The notes beneath the pieces are model-generated. The model was not told the DNA's origin, did no database searches, and worked only from the letters and a program-made list of their open reading frames with translations. Shown here piece after piece: positions 18,601 through 27,324 of a stretch of 64,000 nt of DNA. Origin of the DNA: a virus (Duplodnaviria > Caudoviricetes); the IMG/VR virus record IMGVR_UViG_3300033120_000983, positions 113-64,112 of that record; one strand, 5' to 3'. Both the position numbers and the translations under genes were made by a program. The number at the start of each line of letters is the position of its first letter. The first letter of the stretch is position 1.

Positions 18601-21600
18601 TGCGGTTCCCGGACTGCTCGAAACCGGCCTGGGCGGTGCGGGCGTCGATTTCGGCGGTATCGACTCCGAGTTGTTCGAGCAGACGTTTCGGGGATTGGGC
18701 GTAAAGAGGCTGGCCGACTTCAGCGACAGTCGATGCCATTTCCGGGGTGATTTGGACTTTCCACATTGGAATACCCGTGGCTGGAACCCCTGAATCCGCC
18801 GGGATAGCTGCGTATGCGGCTTGGTGGCGAGGATCCGTAATCCCATATTCCATCCTGGTTCGATCAGCTTCAGCCACTGCGGCTGTAAATTCCGCAGATG
18901 GACCTTTTCCTAAGTCCTGCTCGACCCGCCCCCCCCACTGCTTCACGTATTTAGCGACTTCTTTCGGGAGGATGTTATCGTAGAATCCCTTCATGCCCTC
19001 GCCGCCAACCATTGCCAATCCATCGCCGGACAAAACGTGAGCCTGCCGTCCCCGTGTAAGACTTTCCGGCTGCTTCTCAATCAGTTTTTTTGCCACTTCT
19101 TTTCCGATGTAATCCTCAATCTTTTCGGGGGCGACCGTTTCAGAAAGAACCGGGCTTCCATCAAGCCCATAGGCGCGAAGCTCTTGGTTGGATGGGTAGT
19201 ATTCCACTCGGGAAACCTGCTTCGACAGGTCGAATCGGTCGGCCTGAGTGGTGCCCGTGGTCCATCCAATCCACGACATAGAAGGGATAAAACTTGAATC
19301 GCCTGCATTACCATTTACTATGCCTGCATGGACATTCAAAAGACGTGCAAGTTCTGTGGATGCTGGTTCCTTGGCGGTCCCCGTAAAACCTTCTGTAGCG
19401 GTTCCTGCAAGACCCGATCGGGGATGCTGACCCGTGCTGGCGGACCCGTTCCTTGCGTGGCCTGTGGCGTTGTTTTCCAACCCAAAAACAAGGGAGCCAA
19501 GTTCTGCACCAGCACCTGTAGCAACCGGTTTAACGCCCCCTTGGTCGCTGACAAAATTGGCGATGCCAACCGGGGCAAGAAGCCCCACAACTTCACGGGC
19601 AGTGAGAGCACTTGCCTTCAGTGTGGGAAGAATTTCTTTATCGCTCCGTCCAGAAAGGGCCGTGTTCAGTGCTGCTCCAAGGCGTGCGGAGGTCTTCACA
19701 AGCGCGTCGATGACCCCGTTAGCTACGTCAGGACGGCCATCGACGGGGAGCGTATTCCAGACCACATCAGAGCCGCCAATCAACTGCTCGGGGCTAAGTT
19801 TATGGTCGGCAAGGTAACGCACCACATCGACAGGGACCGCCGCAACAATAGCCCGGCGAACTTGATCGTGTTTCCCGGCCAGTCGGAGCACGCCAGCCTC
19901 CACTGGGCCGAGCGTCGAGCGGGACGGATATTTAGCCCCCAAGAGGTCATCGCTAAGTTTCCCGATGCTGTCTGGCTTGGTGGCGTCTTTCCATGATGGA
20001 CTCCCTGCGGCGACGGCATCACGGAGGGCGCGCTTGAACATTTGAAGCGGCCATGTTTTCTCGAATGGCATAGAAGGCGTCTTCCCTTCATGGATGGTGC
20101 CTGATTCCTTGCGAATCTGTTGTCCGCGGTCCGACTGGATTTCTTCTATGAACAAGCCCGGGGAGCCTGACGAATCCTTTCGTTCGTTGGTGCGCAAGTG
20201 AGCGACGTAATTTGGAACGTCGGTGAAGTGGGGTGAAGTGTAGGGGCGATCAACAACTTCATTCCGGGCCATCAGTTGGCGTTGCTGGTCTTCGGTTAGA
20301 TCATAGATACTGTCCACGCCAAACATTTCCTTCGCCAGTTGGCGGGGGGTCTTTTTCTGGTCTTCGGTGCGTTTTGGAGGCATGGAGAGCACGATCTCGC
20401 GGTAGTTTTCACCCCCGGGAAGCTGGTATTGGGCGTATTGGCGGGCATCGGACTCCGAGCTGCTGTCTGCGATATTCCAGAGGCCATTTCTCTCCACGAA
20501 CCGCAGGTTTGGGCGGAGTTCGTTCTGGAAGTTCATTAATTCACGGTCCCCGCTGGCCTGCTCCACCAACTCCTCTTTTGTGGGGAATCCTTCGGTGAAA
20601 ACCATCGTTTCTGGACCGTTCACTACCTCCTCAAACTGCACGCGCCCCTCATTCCGCATGAAATTGAGCACGGCCTCCTTCGTGACGGTGCCTCCTTGGA
20701 AGTCGAGCCACGGGACAACGCCGGACCATTTGAGTTCGTCGGCCTTCACGTTCGCGAGAAGTGCTTTGACCTGCTCCTTGGAGGCGCGGGCCGGCATCTT
20801 CGCTTCGAGCATCTTTACGGCGGCGCTGTAGAAGCCGTCGGGCGAAAGAGTGGCGGCGGCCAAGGCGGCGGGGGACTGAGCCTGTAGCGATTCACTCGCC
20901 GGCCAACGGACATAAAAAGAACCCTTCCCGGTCCCGATTTGAATACCGTCGGCGTCTGGGTAAATGGACTTCAGAAACTCGCCAGTATCAGGGCCAAACC
21001 GCGCATTGAAATCGGACGCCCGGCGTGCTTTGACTGCTTCGAACATCACGTATCCCATGAAAGTTTCGAAAGCGTTTTCTGTAGGGAAATAAAGTGGGTT
21101 TTCCGGCAGGTTTCCAGCGGAAGGAAGAATCTTAACTTCCCCAAATTGAGCGGCTTGGGCGCGGTCCGTGGTGGTGTAGCGCCCCTTCCCGTAGGTGTAG
21201 GAATTCGAGCCAGATTTGTTGGATTCTCCACGAAAGACATTTTTAGGCGTTGGGCCTTTTCCTCCAATGGACGGTTGCGGCCTGACAGAAAGCACAGCTT
21301 GGCGCTCTTCATTCGTCAGCGGAGAAATGACCGGCTGAGACTGAATGGAAGGCGTGTCGGACAATGGCAGTTCCGGCGTCGCCTGCTCGGCGGCCTTCCG
21401 GGCGGCATCGACTTCACGGGCGCGCGCGGCGTTCGCTCCAGCAAGTTCCCGGGCCTCGCGGGCCAGGCGCTGGGCTTCGCTTTCAGCGGCCAGATTGAAG
21501 GGTTCGTCTTGGGCACCGGCAAGGAAGTCCTGCTGGCCGTCCGCGGAGACGACGCCGGCGGGTGCGGGCGCGGCTTCCATGCCAGCGCTCGGGAACTGTG

Positions 21601-24600
21601 CCACGGCTTCGAGGAGTTCACGGATCGGCGCATCCAGACGGATGACGTCCATGGGTTCGCCCGGCGTTTCCTGCATGGCGGCAAGCCACTGGTGGTGTCC
21701 GTCGAGCACATGGTCGTCGGAGGATACCAAGATGGCCCTGTTGCTTTCGCCGACCCACTCGCGCGCCTGTTTGACCTTGGCGGGCGAGTATTCGGCCTGC
21801 GTGGGGTGCAGGGAGCCCGGGAGGGCGGTTTCCCGCGTGAATTCGATGCCGCCGGCCCGGAGGAAGTTGGCGAGTGCGCCGCGGTGCTCGGTTTTGATCT
21901 GCGGCATCTGCTCGCGGGGAATACCGAGGGAGCGGGAGTCTTCCGCGAAGGCGGTCCACTCCTTGTCGATCTTTTCGCCGGCGAGGGATTCGGGGGTGTT
22001 GGTGACAACCGGTTCACCACTACCGGCGTTGTCGCTCATTTCTGGCTGATTTTGCTCAACAACACTCCAATCTGGATCGTTCGGCGCGTAGTCCTCCACG
22101 AAAAGAACCGTCGAGGGGTCGATTTCCTGCACTCCAAAGCGCGTCCCGTCCTTCAAGGTGATGCCCTGCAGCTTCCCGTCCGGCCCGGTTTCGAGGGATT
22201 GAACAACAACGCGGTCGCCTTCGATGATGAGCGTTTCCCCGACTTCGAGGTCGCGGGCATTCACCTTCACGCGGCCGTTCTCGACGGCGGCGTAAAACTC
22301 CACGGCCTGTCGCTCCTGTGCGTCGGCTCGTTCGTCGGCGGCATCCACCTTCCCGGGTGCCTCATCGAGGGCCATGAGTTCGGCGGTCACGCGGTCCCAT
22401 ACCTGCCGGCCGTAGAAATCCTTTGGATCCTCGCCAAGCGTCTCCGCGGCCTGCTGAAGTGCTTGGTCGGGGCTGTTGGTGTTGGACTGGTTCACCATGC
22501 GGCGGATGGCGTCCTGGGCGATGGGACGGCCCTGCCAGTCAGACTGCCGGGGCACGTTGTCCCATTCCCCGAGGTTCCGGAGGACGGCGCGGTCTTTCTC
22601 GGAAAGGCGTCCGCCATTCTTCTTCCGCATCGCCGCGAGGCGCGCGGCGGGGTTGCGGGGACTGATGCCGGCTTCCACGAGCGCGGTGACGACGGGGGAG
22701 TTTTCGGGGTCGAGACGGAACCGGGCTTTTTCGGTCCGTTTCTTCTTTGGTGCCCTACTGCCCTCTACTGCCCTCGTGCTGCCCTCTGCGGAAAGGGCAC
22801 GAACTCCGGCTTCCAGCATATCCGCGGCGGCGGTGACGCGGGCGATGGTGTCGGGGCTGGCCTTCTGTTTCTTGAGGGTGGCGGCGAGGTCGCGGAAGTA
22901 GGTCAGGAGCTTTTCAAGAGCGGCGGACAGCTTTGCCAGCACAGCGGCCGGCATTGTCTGCTCAGTCAGGACCGGACGGCCTTTCTTCGGCTTCCGGCCG
23001 GAGAGGCGTTGCTGCACCACCATCCGGAAGAATTCGTGCCCGAGATTTAGCGATTTGTTGCTCGACGGGTAGGCGGCGCGCACCTGGGCCTGCGTCTCTG
23101 CCGGCAGGGCGTCGAAAAGCTCCGTCATGTTGATTTCCCCGCGGGATTCCATCTGGACGGCAACGGAATGAATGACTTCCTCCTGAATGGCGCGCTCGAC
23201 CCACTGGAGCGAGTTGCTTCCGAGCGCATCGACGGATTCCGCCAAGGCCTTGAAGTCCAGCCGGAGCGATGGCGTGGCGGTGCCGGAATCGACCTGAACG
23301 CCGCCTGAGCCGGAATTCTGCGTTGTCGTGAAGCCACCGGGGAACGCCGCCTGCCAGCGGGTTGCCTCTTTGGAGAGCGCCTTAGCGACGGCTTGGTATC
23401 GGACGGCTTCCTTTTTGGAGGGCCGTCGGCCGGAGGCGGATGTGATGGCCTTGGCGATGCTGGCGGGGGAAATACCCGTAGGCGGTGCAGGTTTGACAGC
23501 TTCCTTCGGGGCAACTTGTAAGGAATACTTACCAGTTGGAATCACTTCGGGGGCTTTTGTGATTTTATCGGCGGGCGCTGGACTCATTTTGCCGGTGACG
23601 GGCGCGACCGCGTTAACGCTCCGGATCATCTTCCCGGGATACTGGCGCATGGCCGCGACTTCGGCATCCTCGCGGGTGGCGGCGGCGATAGTCACCGCGT
23701 CGGCAACGTCGTCAATTTCCACCTCGAAAGTAGCGTCCTGGCCGGGTTTCGGCCCCACCGGTTTTTCTTGTGGTTGCGTGGATTCAGCGATTTTGGTGCT
23801 GGTTTCAGCACCACCGGGTTCTTGCGGCTGCCGCGCGGCTTCGGTGGCGGTGACATTGGCAATGACGGCCGCGCGGCGCTCTGCCTCCGACTGTCCGATG
23901 AGCGGTGCAGTCGCGGGGAAAAGCTCCGTCATTCGGTCGATGGTGCTTTGGCCGATCACCAGTTCGCCGTTCTCGATGGTCACACGCGCGGTGCCGTCCG
24001 GGGAGTCTGCTTTGCCGCCGGCCTTCAGTTCGCCGCCGGGGCCGCGGGAAAGTCCAACGAGCGCTAGGGCGGCATTGTCGAGAGAATCCACCTTTCCGGA
24101 TGCGATGGCGACCAACGCTTTCGCCCGGGCCTTGTCCTGCTCGAAGCCGGCGGCGTCCCCGGGTGTTTCGAGTCCGTTGGCGTCAGTAATGGGCGGCGGC
24201 TCTGCGGTGTCGATTTCCTCCTCGGCGGCGGACACGAAAGAATCCCGCAGTTCGGAGCGGATCCCGGCAATGTATTCCTCCCGCTGGCCATATGCCTGCG
24301 CGAGCTGGTTGTTGCTGTAGAGGGTCTGCGCCTTCGACTTTGCGCCAGCGAGTTGTTCCTGTCCGTCCACGATCCGGGCATCAAATTCCGCGATTTTCGA
24401 AAGGACTTCCGGGGTGCGCTCCTCCATGGGCGAACCGGCAAGGGTTTCCGTGATGATGGCGGGGGAGTGCTGGGCGGCGATTTGCTGACCGAGTTCCCGG
24501 CGGACCGTGGCGGATTTGATTTCCTTCTCGGCATTGAACTTTGCTTTTACGCCGCCGGCAACGTCGGTCGCCGCATTCACGCCACCACCCAACAGGAAGG

Positions 24601-27244
24601 AGACGATGGCGGTATCGACAAGCCCTTCGGCGCTGTCCTGGCCGGGCTTGTAGGTCGCCCCGGCGAGCACGTTCTGGAAGAGTTGGTCGGGAACCTCCTC
24701 CAGGACTTCCTTTGCGCCCTCGACGGCGTAACCCTTGACCTTTTCGACGATCGCTTTTACGAGCGCGGGCTTGACGACGGAAAGAGTTGCCTCCTTGCCG
24801 GGGGCGAAGAGTTTCGAGAGCACCGCTTCTGCACCGGTGGTTCCGCCCGCGCGCGTCAGGCCGGCCGTGATGGCGCCAGATGCCAGGGCGGTAAGGCGGG
24901 ACTGCATTTCCCCCATTCCGGCCTTTTTGGCTTCGATCATGGTGGCACCGCCACTCTGCGCCCCGGCGGCGGCGGCGGATGCTGCCAGCGCGCCCTGAGC
25001 GCCGAACCCGGCCCCCCCGGTGACGATACCGACCCCGATGGATGGAACAAGGGACGTGGCACCACTGGCGAGGCTTCCAAGGAGTTCGCTGCCACCGCCC
25101 GCCGCCGCCGCCGCGCCTTCACGTTGCTGCGCTTCGATTTCCTTCTCGCCGGATCGTTGAGCGGCATCGGACCCAAAGAATGAACCGACACCGGCGACCG
25201 ACTGCCGGAGTCCGGAGAGTCCGCGGGAAACTCCCAGCACGATTTGATTCCAGTTCGGGGAGAAATCAGGGGATGCCATGAAGTCTGCGACGGCTTCCGC
25301 CTGCTCCTGCGGGTGGCTGGCGGTCGAGATACCCGGGGCACCAAGGCGTTTCGCGGTCTTCGCCTTCGAGGCATAGAAGGCTTCCGCGATGACGGGGTTT
25401 TCGTTGAAGGCTTGGAAGACGGGTTTGGCGGCTTCCTGTTGCATGAGGGGAAGCGCCTGCATGGCCTTTTCCTTGGCGAGCGGCGGGGCATCGGAGGCTT
25501 CCACGGCCGCAGTGTATTCGTCGGGCTTGAAGACCAGACGCGGGTTCACGTTGAGGGAGCCGAATTCCTTCGAATAGAATGCCGGGGCGTCTTCGTGTTT
25601 CCCGAGGAAATTCGCTTTTTGGTGCTCTTGGGACAGGCGGAATTGCTCTTCGTCCGGCAGCGAGTCCATTTCATCCCGGGGAGCGATGACATTCGCGTAA
25701 GCGGCGGCGGCCTTGGCCCGGTTCGCCTCTTGGGTGGCGGCATCCTTCTCGGCGGCTTTGGCGACTTCGGCACCGAACATCTTCTGTGCCTGGATGATGC
25801 CTTGCTCATCCTCGCCGTTTGCGGGGTCCATGCTGGACAGCACCCGCACGGCCCGGTCCATGGCTTTGACGGTTTCGGGCGCGGATCCATCGGTTCGGAG
25901 CATGTCGAGCCGGGCTTTCTCGCCCTCCATGATTTTGCTCCATGGAAGCGTGCCGGCCTTTGCTTCCGTGAGGGCTTTTTCGAACGGGACGGACTCGGGA
26001 GCTTTGCCGGGGGACTTTTTATCGGTCTGCGGTGCGCCCACAGCGGAAGCGGCGACAGTGGCGGCTTGCCGGGTCGCGGCTTGTTCATTCAGGGATTTGA
26101 TGAAGGCGTCGTGCTTTGCGACGTCCTCCTCCAATGAACGGCGTTTGGCGTCGATCATCTGTTTCCGGAGCGTCATCTGGCCCATCTGCTCCCGGATGGC
26201 GGGCGCGTCCTGGGGAAGGAAGTTCTTGGTCCGCGGCAGGAAGGCTTCGTAATCGGCGGCGTATTGGGCGTCCTCGGCGTCGAGCTTGGTTTTGATGGCG
26301 GTGATGCCGGCCCGCTGGGCTTCAAGCAGCTTCTGCCGCGGCGCGTTCACGGCGGCGGGGTCCATGCTGGCGAGGCGCTTGGCAGCGAACTCCTCGGCAG
26401 TCATGGTGCCTTGCGTGGCCTGCTCGATGCCGATTTGTGAAAGCCGCTCCTTTTTCTGCCGGATCGTTTCGGCTTTGGAGAGAACGGCGTCGTATTCGGG
26501 GGTCGAATACCCGCCGGCTTTGCGCTTCTGTGCTTCATCGATCTTCGCTTGGGTCACTCCATCGTAATCCGGATGAGAGAGTTCCGCGCGCAACGTCTTT
26601 TCCTCGGTCGTGAGCTTGTCCGCATCCTCCCGCATCAGGGTTTTCGCTGCCTCGTTCTGGATACGGGTGTCGGGATGCACCAAGGCATCGTTTGGCGCGA
26701 AGGCACTCCATGGCCTGGCCTTGTTTTTGACGTAGATGTTCGGGTCGTTTTTGTCGTCGGGGTTTCGGCCAATCTCGGCGTCTTTGTCCAAGTCCTCCAC
26801 TTTGAAAACCCCGTCTTTCCGGATGGTCTGCACGGCCCGGCCGGTGGGGTCGTATTCGACCGGCCCCTTCAGGTCGCGGGCGTTTGGCTGGCCGGTCAGG
26901 GGGTCGTTGACGGCTTCCACGGTTTTCGTCACCGGATTTGTCCGGTGCTGGATGGCCTGGGCATCGAATTCGAGGGTCTTGGCGAAGTTCTGCGTCGTGG
27001 TGGCCTGGCGGTCGGCCGCGCGCTGCGCAACGCCGGCGGCGCGTTCGGCGGCGATTTGCTCGCGTTCTGCGGCGATGGCTTGGCGTTCCGCGAGAATGTC
27101 CTGTTGCTCGTAGGCGCGTTCCTGCTCCTGCATGCCATCGCGGAGTCCGCTGCTCATCAGTTGCCGCGGGTCAACTGCGGACAGTGGCGCAAGGCCGGGG
27201 ATTCGGGACACGGGCGATAGGATCCTGCGGCGTGGTAGGGACAT
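15620..27244 (-). CDS. Giant polyvalent virion/ejection protein (3874 aa)
   Basis: Ala-rich helical regions with embedded zincin-like (EEVIH), ParB-like (LHPTQ...LDGHHQW), ART-like (FRG...GKGRYTTTD...FG) and LFIEEIQSD modules; podovirus internal-protein-like C-terminus. Confidence 0.88.
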   Translation of the reverse strand: MSLPRRRILSPVSRIPGLAPLSAVDPRQLMSSGLRDGMQEQERAYEQQDILAERQAIAAEREQIAAERAAGVAQRAADRQATTTQNFAKTLEFDAQAIQHRTNPVTKTVEAVNDPLTGQPNARDLKGPVEYDPTGRAVQTIRKDGVFKVEDLDKDAEIGRNPDDKNDPNIYVKNKARPWSAFAPNDALVHPDTRIQNEAAKTLMREDADKLTTEEKTLRAELSHPDYDGVTQAKIDEAQKRKAGGYSTPEYDAVLSKAETIRQKKERLSQIGIEQATQGTMTAEEFAAKRLASMDPAAVNAPRQKLLEAQRAGITAIKTKLDAEDAQYAADYEAFLPRTKNFLPQDAPAIREQMGQMTLRKQMIDAKRRSLEEDVAKHDAFIKSLNEQAATRQAATVAASAVGAPQTDKKSPGKAPESVPFEKALTEAKAGTLPWSKIMEGEKARLDMLRTDGSAPETVKAMDRAVRVLSSMDPANGEDEQGIIQAQKMFGAEVAKAAEKDAATQEANRAKAAAAYANVIAPRDEMDSLPDEEQFRLSQEHQKANFLGKHEDAPAFYSKEFGSLNVNPRLVFKPDEYTAAVEASDAPPLAKEKAMQALPLMQQEAAKPVFQAFNENPVIAEAFYASKAKTAKRLGAPGISTASHPQEQAEAVADFMASPDFSPNWNQIVLGVSRGLSGLRQSVAGVGSFFGSDAAQRSGEKEIEAQQREGAAAAAGGGSELLGSLASGATSLVPSIGVGIVTGGAGFGAQGALAASAAAAGAQSGGATMIEAKKAGMGEMQSRLTALASGAITAGLTRAGGTTGAEAVLSKLFAPGKEATLSVVKPALVKAIVEKVKGYAVEGAKEVLEEVPDQLFQNVLAGATYKPGQDSAEGLVDTAIVSFLLGGGVNAATDVAGGVKAKFNAEKEIKSATVRRELGQQIAAQHSPAIITETLAGSPMEERTPEVLSKIAEFDARIVDGQEQLAGAKSKAQTLYSNNQLAQAYGQREEYIAGIRSELRDSFVSAAEEEIDTAEPPPITDANGLETPGDAAGFEQDKARAKALVAIASGKVDSLDNAALALVGLSRGPGGELKAGGKADSPDGTARVTIENGELVIGQSTIDRMTELFPATAPLIGQSEAERRAAVIANVTATEAARQPQEPGGAETSTKIAESTQPQEKPVGPKPGQDATFEVEIDDVADAVTIAAATREDAEVAAMRQYPGKMIRSVNAVAPVTGKMSPAPADKITKAPEVIPTGKYSLQVAPKEAVKPAPPTGISPASIAKAITSASGRRPSKKEAVRYQAVAKALSKEATRWQAAFPGGFTTTQNSGSGGVQVDSGTATPSLRLDFKALAESVDALGSNSLQWVERAIQEEVIHSVAVQMESRGEINMTELFDALPAETQAQVRAAYPSSNKSLNLGHEFFRMVVQQRLSGRKPKKGRPVLTEQTMPAAVLAKLSAALEKLLTYFRDLAATLKKQKASPDTIARVTAAADMLEAGVRALSAEGSTRAVEGSRAPKKKRTEKARFRLDPENSPVVTALVEAGISPRNPAARLAAMRKKNGGRLSEKDRAVLRNLGEWDNVPRQSDWQGRPIAQDAIRRMVNQSNTNSPDQALQQAAETLGEDPKDFYGRQVWDRVTAELMALDEAPGKVDAADERADAQERQAVEFYAAVENGRVKVNARDLEVGETLIIEGDRVVVQSLETGPDGKLQGITLKDGTRFGVQEIDPSTVLFVEDYAPNDPDWSVVEQNQPEMSDNAGSGEPVVTNTPESLAGEKIDKEWTAFAEDSRSLGIPREQMPQIKTEHRGALANFLRAGGIEFTRETALPGSLHPTQAEYSPAKVKQAREWVGESNRAILVSSDDHVLDGHHQWLAAMQETPGEPMDVIRLDAPIRELLEAVAQFPSAGMEAAPAPAGVVSADGQQDFLAGAQDEPFNLAAESEAQRLAREARELAGANAARAREVDAARKAAEQATPELPLSDTPSIQSQPVISPLTNEERQAVLSVRPQPSIGGKGPTPKNVFRGESNKSGSNSYTYGKGRYTTTDRAQAAQFGEVKILPSAGNLPENPLYFPTENAFETFMGYVMFEAVKARRASDFNARFGPDTGEFLKSIYPDADGIQIGTGKGSFYVRWPASESLQAQSPAALAAATLSPDGFYSAAVKMLEAKMPARASKEQVKALLANVKADELKWSGVVPWLDFQGGTVTKEAVLNFMRNEGRVQFEEVVNGPETMVFTEGFPTKEELVEQASGDRELMNFQNELRPNLRFVERNGLWNIADSSSESDARQYAQYQLPGGENYREIVLSMPPKRTEDQKKTPRQLAKEMFGVDSIYDLTEDQQRQLMARNEVVDRPYTSPHFTDVPNYVAHLRTNERKDSSGSPGLFIEEIQSDRGQQIRKESGTIHEGKTPSMPFEKTWPLQMFKRALRDAVAAGSPSWKDATKPDSIGKLSDDLLGAKYPSRSTLGPVEAGVLRLAGKHDQVRRAIVAAVPVDVVRYLADHKLSPEQLIGGSDVVWNTLPVDGRPDVANGVIDALVKTSARLGAALNTALSGRSDKEILPTLKASALTAREVVGLLAPVGIANFVSDQGGVKPVATGAGAELGSLVFGLENNATGHARNGSASTGQHPRSGLAGTATEGFTGTAKEPASTELARLLNVHAGIVNGNAGDSSFIPSMSWIGWTTGTTQADRFDLSKQVSRVEYYPSNQELRAYGLDGSPVLSETVAPEKIEDYIGKEVAKKLIEKQPESLTRGRQAHVLSGDGLAMVGGEGMKGFYDNILPKEVAKYVKQWGGRVEQDLGKGPSAEFTAAVAEADRTRMEYGITDPRHQAAYAAIPADSGVPATGIPMWKVQITPEMASTVAEVGQPLYAQSPKRLLEQLGVDTAEIDARTAQAGFEQSGNRTIIDPERALGAGTGAGGVGDDVIMATSDLYAEEVTAETVEQWNAAAVEMLSRDYEGTFRAVTSVGRRGGILSPEQTRAAQMMTEFEARQPMDQKQMQRMQLLVWSNRLAGTEAARSLRARVDPFKTRQERHREAVAKGIFMPPPEVRAELETAQTPEERTAIIAKDGKRIKAIKDALAKMGLTIDDVLAGDRMLVARRRDIVGSFLKGQLADKEVAAAVDALDGTATFQTIADKHGLSEGAAASAFEKARAKFREELRRRVNIAAAAKGQTGVLNSQAITPDPWVEFDFGGIADLSPVEQELALDRIMQRVGFFPKSQQGKRKVVTRKPVPPAAGGMSLDDYVRMPMPRDIRGEQPLLPGPLLQPGRPVEMSVVVGADLADVNDVYRLMRIQQAAGAGAFDMLREYWINNLLSGPVTQFKNATSNLLFGGWNLFASRGMEAMLNVVAQNDKSASMGEFGAIMKALGPAWERGIKLAALSWDTEADHFAHKVLNEQLSLIDTGPVGEYRKIAIGGTKGRIVRMPGRMLMAADGFFKGLFGTMEAGAHAYRITKAEGLTPGSQAFNERMERLLIVPGSPAWIAAVRQAETNTFQNKLDPSQNPIDAVPQMIVSAGQSKHLAIRLLATVLFPFTKTPYNVYREGIRRSPLGAVVLGAQMAKAGWVKLQGGKVAPTVPPALIRGLAEQLFAWTGTALLMSAIEGDDDDYEKGFLITGSAPKEKGARELQERAFGGPYVVKIGRTVIPYGGIEPIATVLGTVADFVRSGKTDGTPQEKMNAVFHSVKRGALDKTFLSGLKSMSDLLGMDETSGGPTMAEKARRFALQGIVPNIIRQPLRNSDSRVPDGASSEWMYDAVPMPDWTTGRVNPGSGEEKQKTGNAVSRLLIPSAIQPEESVHPVDRALLAWNRANPADSWAPQGASKTLEIGEQRIELNAQALRFLNVRAGTLARKMLAGEPLKGDQESLDRIKDAYSDARKQARDELKARPLDQIGTVKQ
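19294..19321 (+). promoter_or_regulatory. Promoter of the nested HNH gene (leaderless)
   Basis: TTGAAT-N16-TACTAT-N6-ATG(19328). Confidence 0.55.
19328..19996 (+). CDS. HNH homing endonuclease with N-terminal CxxC zinc ribbons
   Basis: Three CxxC...CSxxC repeats; HHIDRDRRNNSPANLIVF...EHASLH HNH motif intact. Confidence 0.88.
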   Translation: MDIQKTCKFCGCWFLGGPRKTFCSGSCKTRSGMLTRAGGPVPCVACGVVFQPKNKGAKFCTSTCSNRFNAPLVADKIGDANRGKKPHNFTGSESTCLQCGKNFFIAPSRKGRVQCCSKACGGLHKRVDDPVSYVRTAIDGERIPDHIRAANQLLGAKFMVGKVTHHIDRDRRNNSPANLIVFPGQSEHASLHWAERRAGRIFSPQEVIAKFPDAVWLGGVFP

Positions 27245-27256
27245 GGCGGTTCGGCG

Positions 27257-27285
27257 TTTTTAAACGAGGGGACGGGGAATGTAAA
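27257..27285 (-). promoter_or_regulatory. Sigma70-like promoter for the giant gene
   Basis: TTTACA-N17-TAAAAA upstream of ATG 27244. Confidence 0.45.
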
Positions 27286-27324
27286 ATTCGGGAGTGGACA
27301 AAACGGCGGAGTGTGGAAGTATCC

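Larger units (their letters stand above)
19280..20002 (+). mobile_element. 723-bp antisense HNH cassette inserted in-frame in the giant gene
   Basis: Splits the host motif AVAAG|MSWIGWTTG; length is 241 codons with no stop in the host frame; carries its own promoter and HNH ORF. Confidence 0.75.

Noticed and set aside
19280-20002. Intein or group I/II intron explanation for the insert
   Set aside because: No C-terminal His-Asn or Hint motifs in the host-frame translation, and the antisense promoter plus ORF fill nearly the whole insert, leaving no room for a ribozyme core.
20939-23050. 703-aa plus-strand ORF (and similar long ORFs at 17648-18793, 23328-24320, 41404-42825, 45954-47591, 57928-59121, 9196-10338)
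   Set aside because: In-register antisense shadows of real GC-rich genes; no recognisable motifs. This is unlike 19328-19996, which has its own promoter and HNH motif.
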